From a bacterium (lineage in GTDB: Bacteria; Patescibacteriota; Minisyncoccia; Moranbacterales; GWC2-37-73): a stretch of 64,000 nt of DNA. The stretch covers positions 2,023 to 66,022 of the forward strand of contig QKEW01000013.1 of the NCBI GenBank assembly GCA_003251635.1. Reading direction: 5' to 3'. Shown here in pieces: positions 1 to 10,155 of the stretch; position 1 is the first letter of the stretch; every line of letters begins with the position of its first letter. A model generated the notes under the pieces. That model searched no databases and was not told the origin of the DNA. It was given only the letters and a program-made list of their open reading frames with translations. The position numbers were made by a program, and so were the translations under genes.

Positions 1-7
1 GCCGATT

Positions 8-1652
8 GTGGTTGGAAGGATATTTAATTCAATTCAATTTTCCAGTAGCTTAGTTAATCCAGTTTCTTACATTGGCTGGAGTGTTGTTTTGTTGGTTGGT
101 ATTGATTTTGTAGCCTGGATTTTTCATGGAGCATCAAGGGTTATGGAGAATCAAAATGCTTTTTTGATTCGAAAAAATTATCGCCAGACCATGTTTGAAA
201 AAGTTATGGGATTGCCAACTGCCTGGCACAAGGATCATCATTCGGGCGATACGATTGATAAAATCAACAAGGCCAGTGAAAAGCTTTATAATTTTTCCGA
301 GGAATTTTTCTTGATTGTTCGTAATTTAGTTTGGCTAGTTTCTTCAATTGTGGTGTTGGCAATTTTCGATTTTCAGTTAATTTTGATTATTTTATTAGCT
401 TGTTTCTTGGTTGTTTGGATGATCGTGAGGCTTGATCGTCAGCTCATCAAAATGTATAAGAAAATTTATAAGGGTGAAAATTTCATTACAGCTGGCATCT
501 ATGATTATATTAGTAATTATTTGACTATAATTTCTCTTAGATTGAAAAAAACTGTCGTAAAAGAAATGAATGATCGTTCTTTGCAGCCCTTTGGAATCTT
601 TATGCGAAGTCGAAAATTGACCGAATTTAAATGGTTTCTTTGCACGATGATTATTTCCTTGATGACTGCGTCAATAGTTTTTTTTAGTGCTTATTTTTCT
701 TACCAAAAAGACGGAGTGATTGTGATCGGGACACTTTTTATTCTCTATCAATATTTGAATCAGCTGGGCAATGTTTTTTATAACTTTGCTTGGAAATATG
801 GAGAGATGGTGGGTCAAAGCGCAGCATTGAATGAAGCGGAAATTATCAATGTTGAATATGAGAAAATTTCTCAAAAGAGAACTGTTTTTTTGAAAAAAGG
901 ATGGCAGTCTTTGCAAATTAGGAATTTATCTTTTGTTTACAAAAATGAGGATAATTTGAATGGACTCAGTGGTTTGGTGAAGAGTGTTAATTTGGATTTT
1001 GCCCCAGGCAGAAAGATTGCCTTGATTGGAGTTTCGGGCAGCGGAAAAAGCACAACCTTATCATTGCTACGAGGGATGCATGAAGCGGACCAGGTTGAGG
1101 TTTATTGCGATCAAGAAGAAATTAAAAATGGTCTAAGCATGGTTCAATCCAGCAGTACCTTGATTCCACAAGAAGCGGAGATATTTAACAACACGATTGA
1201 ATATAACATTACCCTAGGAGTCAAGACCAAAAAGGAATACCTGGATCAAGTTATTGAGTGGGTGAATTTGAAATCTTTGATTGAGCGCTTGGCTAAAGGC
1301 CTGGAAACCAATGTTTTAGAAAAAAGGAGTTTCTCTTAGCGGTGGGGAGAAGCAGCGTTTAGCTTTGGCGCGCGGACTTTTGGCAGCTCATCAAAGCCAA
1401 TTTTTATTACTGGATGAACCGACAAGTAGTGTGGATGTGGAAAACGAAAGGCAAATTTATCAGAATATTTTTTCGGCTTTTTCGGATAAGGTAGTTGTGG
1501 CGGCTATTCATAGTTTGCATTTGTTGAAAAATTTTGATTATATTTATTTTTTTCGTTCAGGAAAAATTATTGCTGAAGGTGATTTTGATGCTATTTCTCG
1601 AAATGAAAATTTTCAAATTCTTTGGCAAAATTATACTACTCACGAAAAATAA
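8..1652 (+). pseudogene. ABC transporter permease/ATP-binding fusion, split by a +1 frameshift at ~1320-1325 (5' end probably outside the window)
   Basis: TM domain plus Walker A GVSGSGKST in 8..1339. Signature LSGGEKQR and Walker B LLLDEPTS lie in another frame ending at 1652. Removing one A from the A6 run restores VLEKGVSLSGGEKQRLALARG. Confidence 0.8.
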
Positions 1653-1842
1653 ACCTATCTTTGGTTGTGACAACGGTCCTTTACTGAGCCTTATTAACGA
1701 CTTATCCACACCCCGCTGTTGTGGTGATGGTCAATCAGTGTTAGAATAACACTGAAAAGCTCGGGGGTGCTTTTCGAAAAAAAATAATTCTTAAGATCTT
1801 TGCGGTGTTTTTTGGAAAAAACATTGGCAAGGAAAAACAAAA

Positions 1843-2073
1843 ATGCAACAAAACATGCAGCAGGAAGTGGTAAATTCGCAAGTCATCAAAGCCGGGGGCA
1901 AAACCTATTTTTTTGACGTAAAGAAGGCTAAAAATGGTAACAATTATTTAACCATCTCTGAAACCTGGAAAAAACCGGACGGGGAATCAGTTCGAAATCG
2001 TCTCATGATTTTTTCTGATCACCTGAATGATTTCATGGCAGCTTTGCAAAACACGGAGAAATATTTGAAATAA
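1843..2073 (+). CDS. PUR/DUF3276-like small nucleic-acid-binding protein
   Basis: KTYFFDVKKAKNGNNYLTISE motif typical of bacterial PUR-repeat proteins. Confidence 0.75.
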   Translation: MQQNMQQEVVNSQVIKAGGKTYFFDVKKAKNGNNYLTISETWKKPDGESVRNRLMIFSDHLNDFMAALQNTEKYLK

Positions 2074-2077
2074 TAAT

Positions 2078-2551
2078 ATGTTTGATCTAAAACAGCTCTG
2101 CGAATTTTTAGTCCAAGCAAAAAAATCAACCTATGCCTTGGGGGATGATTCTATAAAAATTAAAGAGAGCGACGGATCGACTTCCTTGATCTTTGAAAAA
2201 GGTGATTGGAAATATCATGATAATTATTTTGGTGGAGAGCCCTATGGCGGTCGCGAAGTGGTTTTTTTCAAGAATAAACCTGTTTATATTATGGTTTATT
2301 ATGGTCAAATAAAAAATTTTTCCATGGGCATTGAAAAAATTTATCATTTTTTACAAGAGTCCCTAAGATTAATACCTGAAGGCAGGCCGTTTCGCGGACC
2401 AGAGGTATATGATCAGGGAAGCATGAGATATCTAAATATATTTAGCGGTGAAATTGATAATTTTTTTGGAAAAGAAACCATAGAACTAGAAAATGAAGGG
2501 GAGATTTACGAAGCCAGATATGTGGGTGGACTAGTTGATTGCGGAAAGTAG
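2078..2551 (+). CDS. DUF5680-like hypothetical protein
   Basis: FLVQAKKSTYA / YHDNYFGGEPYGGREVV / PFRGP motifs. Confidence 0.65.
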   Translation: MFDLKQLCEFLVQAKKSTYALGDDSIKIKESDGSTSLIFEKGDWKYHDNYFGGEPYGGREVVFFKNKPVYIMVYYGQIKNFSMGIEKIYHFLQESLRLIPEGRPFRGPEVYDQGSMRYLNIFSGEIDNFFGKETIELENEGEIYEARYVGGLVDCGK

Positions 2552-2589
2552 ATGATTGAATTTTTTATTTTTTAAGTATTAAAAAAAAT

Positions 2590-3252
2590 ATGAGATTAAC
2601 GATTAAACAAAAGGATATGTTGGAATATTTGCGTTCTTTTATTGAAGAGCGCAAGGAGAATCCAACCGGATATCGTTTTCATAAATACCTGGCTTCCAAA
2701 GGCGTTGGAGATAGCTTAAAATCTTTGATGCAGGTAATTGAAGCGCTGGAACGCAAGGACTTGATTACGCGAGACAAGCAGCGCAAACTTTATTTGGTGG
2801 AGAACGAAAATTATGCTAATTTGCAGAACGTGATCTCCGTGCCGCTCTATGGTTTGGCTTCCTGCGGAGAAGCTTTGGCTTATGCAGAGGGTGGTGCGGC
2901 TGAAGATTTTTTGCAAATTTCTAAGAATATTTTTCATCAAAGTGATCCCAAGAAGCTTTTTGCTGTTAAGGCTCTGGGGGATTCCATGAATAAATCTGGA
3001 ATTAATGATGGCGATTACGTTATTTTTGAATCAGTGGAAAGCGGTTTAGATTTTGATGGACAAACGGTAGTGGCAGTTATTAACGGTATGGCAACCATTA
3101 AAAATTTTAAAAAATTGCCAGACGGTATTATTGGTCTTTTTCCAGCTTCAACCAATAAAATTCACCATCCAATTTATATTTCGGAAACCGATACGATTAT
3201 GATTGCTGGTATTTTTCGCCGGGTTTTGCCGGTTAGCTTTATCAGTCTTTAG
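2590..3252 (+). CDS. lexA: LexA-like repressor (winged HTH plus S24 peptidase)
   Basis: LTIKQKDMLEYL N-terminus, PLYGLASCG cleavage loop, GDSM catalytic Ser, ATIK catalytic Lys. Confidence 0.75.
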   Translation: MRLTIKQKDMLEYLRSFIEERKENPTGYRFHKYLASKGVGDSLKSLMQVIEALERKDLITRDKQRKLYLVENENYANLQNVISVPLYGLASCGEALAYAEGGAAEDFLQISKNIFHQSDPKKLFAVKALGDSMNKSGINDGDYVIFESVESGLDFDGQTVVAVINGMATIKNFKKLPDGIIGLFPASTNKIHHPIYISETDTIMIAGIFRRVLPVSFISL

Positions 3253-3322
3253 CTTCATAGCTAAAGTGAATAAAATATGTTAAAATGGGGGTGTTAACGT
3301 AAATTTTATTGAAAAACAAAAA

Positions 3323-5659
3323 ATGGGCAGGAGAAAAAAAGAAGATATTGAAAAAGAAAAACAACAAGAAGATCGCAAAGCCACAAGTCATGGTGACGTA
3401 AAAAGAGGTGCGGTGGCGGTTTTCCTTTTTGCCTTGTCAATCCTTTTTATTTTGGGGTTTATCGGGCAGGCTGGGTTATTGGGGCAATATTTGGATATTT
3501 TTGCCGGATCGCTTTTTGGTTGGGGAAAATGGCTTTCGCCTCTGGTTTTATCGGCAATCGGAATTGTTTTACTTTTTCGCAAGGAAGCTTTTTTCTATGT
3601 CTCTAAAATAATCGGTCTAGTGATATTATTTTTGAGTTTTTTGGGTTTTTTCCATCTCTATTTTGAGGTGGCTGATTTTTCTCAATTGGTTCACGAGGGA
3701 AGTGGCGGCGGTTATTTGGGTTACGGCATTGCCCTTGTTTTAATTAAAATTACCGGAAGAATTGGAGGAACGGTAATTTTAGCCGCTTTGATGATTTGTG
3801 GTGGGATATTTGCTTTCAATTTTTCCTTAGTGACTTTTTTACGCAAAATCTTTAAAAGAAAAATTAGGGAGATGCAGGAAGATGACGAGGGTGAGGAAGG
3901 TGAAAGTGAGCAAGAGTCTTCCGAAGAGGATGAAGATTTGGGAAATCCGTTAATAGAAAATGATTCCCAAGGTGAAGAGGGTGAAGAAAGTGATGATCAG
4001 GAAACCAAGGAGGATGAAGAGTCTGACTATGAGGTTCCGCCGGTAAAAAAATCAATCATCCAAAAATTATTGGGAGGTAAATCAGCAACTCGTGAAAAGG
4101 CCCAATGGCAATTTCCGCCATTAGATTTATTAGAGTCCTCCACTGACAAAGCCCTGGGTGGTGACACTAAAAAGAATGCCAAAATTATCCAAGATACGCT
4201 TAGACATTTTGGAATTGAGGTTGAAATCGGGGAAATTAAAACGGGACCAACCGTTACTCAATATAGTTTTCGGCCGGCAGTTGGGGTGAAATTAACTCGA
4301 ATAACAGCCCTGAATAATGATCTAGCGCTAGCTTTAGCTGCTCATCCAATCAGAATTGAAGCACCGATTCCAGGAAAATCCTTGATTGGAATCGAGGTGC
4401 CAAATAAATCAATTGCAATGGTAAGGATGCGAGAGCTTTTTGAAACCGCTGATTTTGCCAATCGTTCAACAAACTTATTGCTGGCACTGGGCAAGGACGT
4501 TAGTGGTAATTATGTTTACGCTGATCTGAAAAAAATGCCCCACTTGATGATTGCCGGTTCAACTAATAGTGGAAAAAGCGTTTGTGTTAATTCGATTATT
4601 TTATCCATGATTTATCAGAATTCGCCGGATGACTTGAAGTTAATTTTGGTTGATCCCAAAAGAGTGGAACTTTCTTTGTATAATGGAATTCCTCATCTTC
4701 TTTCGGATGTGATTGTGGAAAACGGAAAGGTTTTAAGTGCTTTGAAATGGGCGATTGGGGAAATGGAGCGACGATATAAAAAACTGCAACTAACTGGATC
4801 TCGGGATATAAATTCCTACAATAAAAAAGCGGAAAATGGCGAAACTGTTTCAGTGACTGATCCGGAAACCAATGAAACAATTGAAGAAGAGATTGAAAAA
4901 ATACCCTACATTGTGATTGTTATTGATGAGCTAGCTGATCTGATGGCGACTCATGGCAAAGAAGTTGAAGGTGCTATCATTAGATTAGCTCAAATGGCCC
5001 GAGCAGTGGGAATTCATTTGATTGTTAGTACTCAAAAGCCGGTCGTGACTGTTATTACCGGTTTGATTAAATCTAATATCCCGACCCGTATCGCTTTCAA
5101 GGTTCCTTCTCTAACTGACTCGCGAACCATGTTGGATAGTGGCGGAGCTGAAAAGCTTTTAGGAAACGGAGACATGCTTTTTCTTTCGGTTTCAGCCACT
5201 GGCCTAAAAAGAATCCAAGGAGTTTTTATTTCCGAAGAGGAAGTTAAGCGGGTAGTTGATTTTATCAGGGATCAAAAAATGATAACCGAAGAAGAATTGG
5301 ATGAAAATATAACCGGTCCGAATAGCGGTGAACAACAAGAATTAAATTTGCCCGAGGATCAAAAATTAGATTTTGGACAAATGGAATTCGAATCATCAGA
5401 TGAAGCTGAAGATGAGCTTTTTGAGGAAGCGAAAAAGATAGTTATTCAGGCTAAAAAAGCTTCAACTTCCTTTCTACAGCGAAGGTTGAGAATTGGTTAT
5501 TCTCGAGCTGCTCGCCTGGTGGATATGTTGGAGGATCGGGGAATTGTTGGTCCGGCGGACGGTGCTAAGGCGCGGGAAGTTTTGATTGACGGGGATGAGA
5601 AAATTAATTATCAAAATGATGCGGATGATCAATTTCAGCGGGATAAGTGGCAAATGTGA
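3323..5659 (+). CDS. ftsK: DNA translocase FtsK/SpoIIIE
   Basis: N-terminal TM helices, HLMIAGSTNSGKS, IDELADLM, gamma domain STSFLQRRLRIGYSRAARL. Confidence 0.95.
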   Translation: MGRRKKEDIEKEKQQEDRKATSHGDVKRGAVAVFLFALSILFILGFIGQAGLLGQYLDIFAGSLFGWGKWLSPLVLSAIGIVLLFRKEAFFYVSKIIGLVILFLSFLGFFHLYFEVADFSQLVHEGSGGGYLGYGIALVLIKITGRIGGTVILAALMICGGIFAFNFSLVTFLRKIFKRKIREMQEDDEGEEGESEQESSEEDEDLGNPLIENDSQGEEGEESDDQETKEDEESDYEVPPVKKSIIQKLLGGKSATREKAQWQFPPLDLLESSTDKALGGDTKKNAKIIQDTLRHFGIEVEIGEIKTGPTVTQYSFRPAVGVKLTRITALNNDLALALAAHPIRIEAPIPGKSLIGIEVPNKSIAMVRMRELFETADFANRSTNLLLALGKDVSGNYVYADLKKMPHLMIAGSTNSGKSVCVNSIILSMIYQNSPDDLKLILVDPKRVELSLYNGIPHLLSDVIVENGKVLSALKWAIGEMERRYKKLQLTGSRDINSYNKKAENGETVSVTDPETNETIEEEIEKIPYIVIVIDELADLMATHGKEVEGAIIRLAQMARAVGIHLIVSTQKPVVTVITGLIKSNIPTRIAFKVPSLTDSRTMLDSGGAEKLLGNGDMLFLSVSATGLKRIQGVFISEEEVKRVVDFIRDQKMITEEELDENITGPNSGEQQELNLPEDQKLDFGQMEFESSDEAEDELFEEAKKIVIQAKKASTSFLQRRLRIGYSRAARLVDMLEDRGIVGPADGAKAREVLIDGDEKINYQNDADDQFQRDKWQM

Positions 5660-5737
5660 AATTAACCCATGATTTGAATCGCAATTTTTCACATAATAAA
5701 CGGTTTTGAATAAACTGAGAAGAATAAATATCTGGTT

Positions 5738-6751
5738 ATGGTAAAGTTTACGACAAAAAAAATTAAATCGATAACTTTAGGCGAAAAAATGAAAAAATTT
5801 CGCCAAGAGCGTCGTTTGAGCTTGAGCGAAATATCTCGAAATGTTTCAGTTCAAACCAAATATTTGCAATACCTAGAAGAAGGTCAGTATTCTAAATTGC
5901 CGGCCCCAGTTTATGTTAAGGGTTTTTTGCGAAATTATGCTAATTTTGCCAATATGAGTCCGGAAAGTTTGATTAGGCAATATGAGAGAGAGCAAAAAAT
6001 TCAGCAAAATATAAATCAAAAAGAGGAGCCAATTAAAACCAAGAAACCGGAAAAATTTTCCAATTTAGTAATTACCCCAAGAATTATTTTAGTGGCCGTG
6101 GGCATATTTTTAGTTTTTTGGGGATTTTTATATTTATATCGACAAGTTAATAATTTTGTTTCAACTCCTCGTTTGGTTATTAAAAGCCCGGTGGCTGGAG
6201 CTGAAATTGACGGGCGTTTTGTGAGGGTTTCCGGGGTAGCTGAAAAGGATGCTCAGGTTCTGGTTAATGGGCAATCGATTTTAGTTAATGAAAATGGAGA
6301 ATTTAGTGAGGATGTGGGATTGAGAGAGGGTCTAAATGAAATAACTGTAGTGGCTAAAAATAAGTTCGATAAAGAGACTAGTGAAATGGTTTCGGTAAAT
6401 GCTAACTATCAAAATGAACCAACGGATTTTGATGTTGTTGATGGCGGAGAGGGCGGTTCAGGTGAAAACAGTGAGAATTCAACCGAGCCTGGTAAATTTT
6501 CAATGGAACTGAGGGTTGCTGAGGAGCCAACTTGGATTTCAATTGAGGCTGATGGCTCTCTAGTTTATAGTGGAGTTTTGTTGCCTGATTCAGTTCAGAA
6601 TTTTTCAGCTGAAAAGGAGATAAAGGTAACCTCTGGAAAAGGCAATAGTACTTTTATTAAAGTAAATGGAAAATCGGAAGAAGTTTTAAGTGAACAAGCA
6701 GGAGCGGTGCACGATCTAATTTTTACCCCCGATGGACGTGCCCAAATGTAG
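5738..6751 (+). CDS. RodZ-like protein (HTH, TM helix, Ig-like and DUF4115-like C-terminus)
   Basis: LPAPVYVKGFLRNYA HTH motif, one TM helix, located after ftsK. Confidence 0.8.
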   Translation: MVKFTTKKIKSITLGEKMKKFRQERRLSLSEISRNVSVQTKYLQYLEEGQYSKLPAPVYVKGFLRNYANFANMSPESLIRQYEREQKIQQNINQKEEPIKTKKPEKFSNLVITPRIILVAVGIFLVFWGFLYLYRQVNNFVSTPRLVIKSPVAGAEIDGRFVRVSGVAEKDAQVLVNGQSILVNENGEFSEDVGLREGLNEITVVAKNKFDKETSEMVSVNANYQNEPTDFDVVDGGEGGSGENSENSTEPGKFSMELRVAEEPTWISIEADGSLVYSGVLLPDSVQNFSAEKEIKVTSGKGNSTFIKVNGKSEEVLSEQAGAVHDLIFTPDGRAQM

Positions 6752-6819
6752 GAAATAATTAAGATAGCACACTGTTTTAGGGGCAATTTGGCCGGTAATT
6801 CGGTGTGATTAAAGTTAAA

Positions 6820-7830
6820 ATGGTTAAGAAAAAAAACAATAGTGAGGCAGTTGCTGAAGAAAAGAAAATCGATATCGTGGTGGATGAAATTCGAGAAAAG
6901 TTTGGGGAGGGCATGATTATGAAGTTGGGGGATGTTCGCAAGGTTGATGTGGAATCAGTTCCAACTGGCTCAATATCACTGGATTTAGCCTTGGGAATTG
7001 GCGGAGTTCCTCGGGGTAGAATAATTGAAGTTTATGGGCCGGAATCTTCCGGAAAAACCACCCTGGCTTTGCACATTATTGCTAATGCGCAAAAAAAAGG
7101 TGGAACCTCGGCTTTTGTTGATGCTGAACATGCCCTGGATCCAGAATATGCCAAAAAAATTGGGGTTAAAATTGATGATTTGCTAGTTTCACAGCCTGAC
7201 ACTGGAGAACAGGCCTTGGACATCGTGGAAACGCTGGTGCGTTCCAATGCAGTGGATGTTGTAGTGGTTGATTCAGTGGCAGCCTTGGTTCCGAAAGCTG
7301 AAATTGAAGGAGAGATGGGCGATCAGCATGTTGGACGCCAAGCTCGACTGATGTCGCAGGCTTTGAGAAAATTAACGGCTATTACTTCACGCTCGAATGT
7401 TATTGTGATTTTTATTAACCAGATTCGTATGAAGATTGGTGTAATGTTTGGTAATCCGGAAACAACTAGTGGAGGACAAGCTTTGAAATTTTATTCCTCA
7501 GTGCGTTTGGAAGTTCGAAAATCAGCTCAAATTAAAAAAGGCGAAGATGTGGTGGGTAATCGAGTGAAAGTTAAAGTGGTGAAGAATAAAGTTGCTCCGC
7601 CTTTCAAAACAGCGGAATTTGATATTATGTACAACGAAGGAATTTCCCTAACCGGGGATCTGATTGATAGCGGTTTGAAGTATGAGGTGATTAAAAAGTC
7701 TGGAAATTCTTATTCTTATGAGGATGTGAAATTGGGAGTTGGTCGAGAAAATGCTAAGCAGTTTCTTAAGGATGATCCAAAAATCAGCCAAAAGATTTTC
7801 AAAGAAATTATTACTAAAACTAAAGCATAG
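6820..7830 (+). CDS. recA: Recombinase RecA
   Basis: [45 protein letters not shown]. Confidence 0.98.
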   Translation: MVKKKNNSEAVAEEKKIDIVVDEIREKFGEGMIMKLGDVRKVDVESVPTGSISLDLALGIGGVPRGRIIEVYGPESSGKTTLALHIIANAQKKGGTSAFVDAEHALDPEYAKKIGVKIDDLLVSQPDTGEQALDIVETLVRSNAVDVVVVDSVAALVPKAEIEGEMGDQHVGRQARLMSQALRKLTAITSRSNVIVIFINQIRMKIGVMFGNPETTSGGQALKFYSSVRLEVRKSAQIKKGEDVVGNRVKVKVVKNKVAPPFKTAEFDIMYNEGISLTGDLIDSGLKYEVIKKSGNSYSYEDVKLGVGRENAKQFLKDDPKISQKIFKEIITKTKA

Positions 7831-7866
7831 CTTTGCTTGCTTGGCTTTATTTTTAAAAAATCTAAT

Positions 7867-7905
7867 CTAAATAAAATCGCCCTTATAGGGGGCGATTTTA
7901 TTTAG
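7867..7905. terminator. Bidirectional intrinsic terminator between recA and efp
   Basis: CTAAATAAAATCGCCC / GGGCGATTTTATTTAG inverted repeat between convergent genes. Confidence 0.8.
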
Positions 7906-7933
7906 GTAAATGCTGGGTAAATATTTTGATTTT

Positions 7934-8491
7934 TTAGGCCCGAGAAACGTATTGGCCACTCTCGGTGTTGATGATGATTTCGTCGCCAACCTGAACAAAA
8001 AGTGGAGTTGTTACCTTAGCTCCAGTTTCCAGGGTAACCAATTTATCTCCGCTAGAAACACTGTCGCCTTTAAGGGCTGGTGGAGCTTCAGTAACTTTGA
8101 GCTTAACCTTGACAGGTAGTTCGATGTTTACTGGGTTGCTGTTGAAATTTAGAACTGTTACCTCGATTCCTTCGATTAGAAATAAGGCTAAATTTCCTAT
8201 AACATCCTTGGATAAAAAGAATTGTTCATAGGAGGCTGTGTCCATGAAAAAATAAGAATCATTTTCATTGTAAAGATATTGAGCCTTAGTTCGGGTGATG
8301 TCAGCTTCCTCAACCTTGTCAGCACCTTGAAAGGTTTTGTCTATGAGCGCTCCAGTCAAAAGATTTTTTAGTTTAGTCCGCAAAACTGCTCCGGCTCGAC
8401 CCGTTTTGGAATGTTGGGAAGAGAGAACAAGAAATGGTTCATTTTCAAATAGGATATTTTTTCCATTTTTAATTTCACTGATACTAAGCAT
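7934..8491 (-). CDS. efp: Elongation factor P
   Basis: SKTGRAGAVLRTKLKNL; LETGAKVTTPLFVQVGD; GQYVSRA. Confidence 0.95.
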   Translation of the reverse strand: MLSISEIKNGKNILFENEPFLVLSSQHSKTGRAGAVLRTKLKNLLTGALIDKTFQGADKVEEADITRTKAQYLYNENDSYFFMDTASYEQFFLSKDVIGNLALFLIEGIEVTVLNFNSNPVNIELPVKVKLKVTEAPPALKGDSVSSGDKLVTLETGAKVTTPLFVQVGDEIIINTESGQYVSRA

Positions 8492-8502
8492 ATTTTTTTT
8501 GA

Positions 8503-8709
8503 TTATTTAGCTACAAACGGAACTAGAGCCATCACTCGAGCTCTTTTTATTGCTTTAGCTAGAACTCTCTGATGTTTAGTGCAAGTTCCATGTCTTTTGG
8601 GCGGATAAATTTTTCCTTGAGAATTCATAAAACGACGCAGCATGTAAGCTTCTTTGTAATCGATTTTTTCAATTTTTTCCTGACAAAAAAAGCACGATTT
8701 CTTTTCCAT
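8503..8709 (-). CDS. rpsR: 30S ribosomal protein S18
   Basis: CFFC..IDYK..GTCTKHQRVLAKAIKRARVMALVPF. Confidence 0.95.
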   Translation of the reverse strand: MEKKSCFFCQEKIEKIDYKEAYMLRRFMNSQGKIYPPKRHGTCTKHQRVLAKAIKRARVMALVPFVAK

Positions 8710-8738
8710 AATAATTGTTGGTTAGTTAGTTAAAATTT

Positions 8739-9230
8739 TTAAAAGGGAATGTCATTGAGTTGTATTTCTCCTTGTTCATCATCAATGTTAATGGTTGGAA
8801 TTTTCTCTCCTTCGTTACTGGCTGGATTTGCAGCTGACGGATTAGCGCTACCCACGTTATTTCTATTGGCTGATCCATAATTTCCACTGCCGGAATTACC
8901 GGAAGGTTTGCTGCCAAATTGCATGGTGTCGGCTATGATTTCAGTGACTCGTCTTTCAATTCCGTCTTTGCCAGTGTAGGCTCGAGTTTGCAATCTTCCT
9001 TCAAAAAAAGCTTCCTGTCCTTTGACTAAATATTGAGCGGCAATTTCAGCTGTTTTTCCCCAAAGGACAACATTGTGAAATTCAGTTTTTTCTTGTTTTT
9101 GACCACTCTTATCTGTCCAAAAATTATTGGTTGCCAAACTTATTGAGGTTACATTTTGGCCAGACTGGGTTGTTCGTAGTTCTGGGTCGCGAGTTAATCT
9201 CCCGACTAAAACAACTTTGTTGACATTCAT
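8739..9230 (-). CDS. ssb: Single-stranded DNA-binding protein
   Basis: NKVVLVGRLTRDPELR; C-terminal DIPF. Confidence 0.97.
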   Translation of the reverse strand: MNVNKVVLVGRLTRDPELRTTQSGQNVTSISLATNNFWTDKSGQKQEKTEFHNVVLWGKTAEIAAQYLVKGQEAFFEGRLQTRAYTGKDGIERRVTEIIADTMQFGSKPSGNSGSGNYGSANRNNVGSANPSAANPASNEGEKIPTINIDDEQGEIQLNDIPF

Positions 9231-9302
9231 TGTGGATTTGGCGAATTTGATATATTTGGAAGTCCAAATAAATAATTCGCAATTAAAATATTAATGTCAA
9301 AA

Positions 9303-9800
9303 TTAAATATTGAGAATTTCTTCTAGTTGCTTATCAATGTTTTCAGTGTCTTTTTTGGAATCCTTCTTGGGAGAAGATTTCTTTACGACATCTTCTTTTT
9401 TACTCTTAACTTCTTTTTTCTCTGGCGTTTTTTCTGAAGAATTTTCTTTGGTGTTGGTAGGTGCTTCTTTTTCTTTTAATTCTGGCAACTCATCCGCTTT
9501 GACAATCAAAAATCTCAAAATATTAGAATTAAGATTTAGTTTTCGGCTAATGTTTTCAATGCGAGAAACTGTATTGCCTTCAGCATCTTTAGATGGGGTT
9601 TGTGGCATTTCAAATCTTTTGGCGATGTAGGTTCCGCGAATCTGATGTTTAATTTTATAGGAAAGTTTTCGCTTGGTAATTATTTCGAGCTCTTCAAATA
9701 CTGCTCCCTCATCAATAAGAACTTGCTCAGCTTCCTTTTTGATTTCATCCAACTTTTCTTCGTTGTTTTGTCCTACTAGGTAGAAAAATTCATAACGCAT
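9303..9800 (-). CDS. rpsF: 30S ribosomal protein S6 with charged C-terminal tail
   Basis: YEFFYLV, RKLSYKIK, ILRFLIVK; synteny with ssb-rpsR. Confidence 0.88.
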   Translation of the reverse strand: MRYEFFYLVGQNNEEKLDEIKKEAEQVLIDEGAVFEELEIITKRKLSYKIKHQIRGTYIAKRFEMPQTPSKDAEGNTVSRIENISRKLNLNSNILRFLIVKADELPELKEKEAPTNTKENSSEKTPEKKEVKSKKEDVVKKSSPKKDSKKDTENIDKQLEEILNI

Positions 9801-9810
9801 TGAATTTAGT

Positions 9811-9854
9811 TACCAACGCTGGCTGCATTTAAAAAATAAATGTAGCAAGGGGTA
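9811..9854 (-). promoter_or_regulatory. Candidate S6:S18 ribosomal-protein leader
   Basis: UACC-CCUUGC-hairpin-GC-CAG..GGUA just upstream of the rpsF AUG; resembles the CCUUGC/CCR leader. Confidence 0.5.
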
Positions 9855-9886
9855 AATTTATTCTAATTAATTAAACTTAGGAAATT

Positions 9887-9980
9887 AAAAAACCGTCCAA
9901 CAAAAAAGTCCTTTTCCGTTGAGCGGAATTTTTTCAACCTATCCCCAAAATCATTCTGGGGCGGGTTAAAATCGGACTTT
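9887..9980 (-). promoter_or_regulatory. Structured leader or sRNA: three-way junction overlapping an alternative terminator
   Basis: AAAGUCC/GGACUUU closing helix with two internal hairpins; competing hairpin followed by U6. Confidence 0.5.
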
Positions 9981-9994
9981 CTGGTTTTGGGAAA

Positions 9995-10023
9995 AGTTTA
10001 ACACAGAGGCCTTTTTTTGTCAA
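9995..10023 (-). promoter_or_regulatory. Sigma70-type promoter
   Basis: TTGACA-17 bp-TAAACT on the minus strand. Confidence 0.75.
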
Positions 10024-10155
10024 TATTGCTCCTATTTTGCTATATTGAAATAAAACTAATTATTCCAAGGACTAGGTGGGCATAAAGTTGCTTTTGATAG
10101 TTTTGAAAATTTATGGTATTGTATTAAGTAGAAGCGTAAAACAAAAACAAAGAAT

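Noticed and set aside
1702-1710. Replication origin
   Set aside because: Only one DnaA box noticed, no cluster, and no dnaA nearby.
2860-2870. Cys-Gly instead of Ala-Gly LexA cleavage site
   Set aside because: Cys-Gly is known in UmuD-type S24 proteins; the catalytic residues are intact.
3880-4030. GAA/GAT-rich repetitive stretch in ftsK
   Set aside because: Codon-periodic acidic linker, typical of FtsK.
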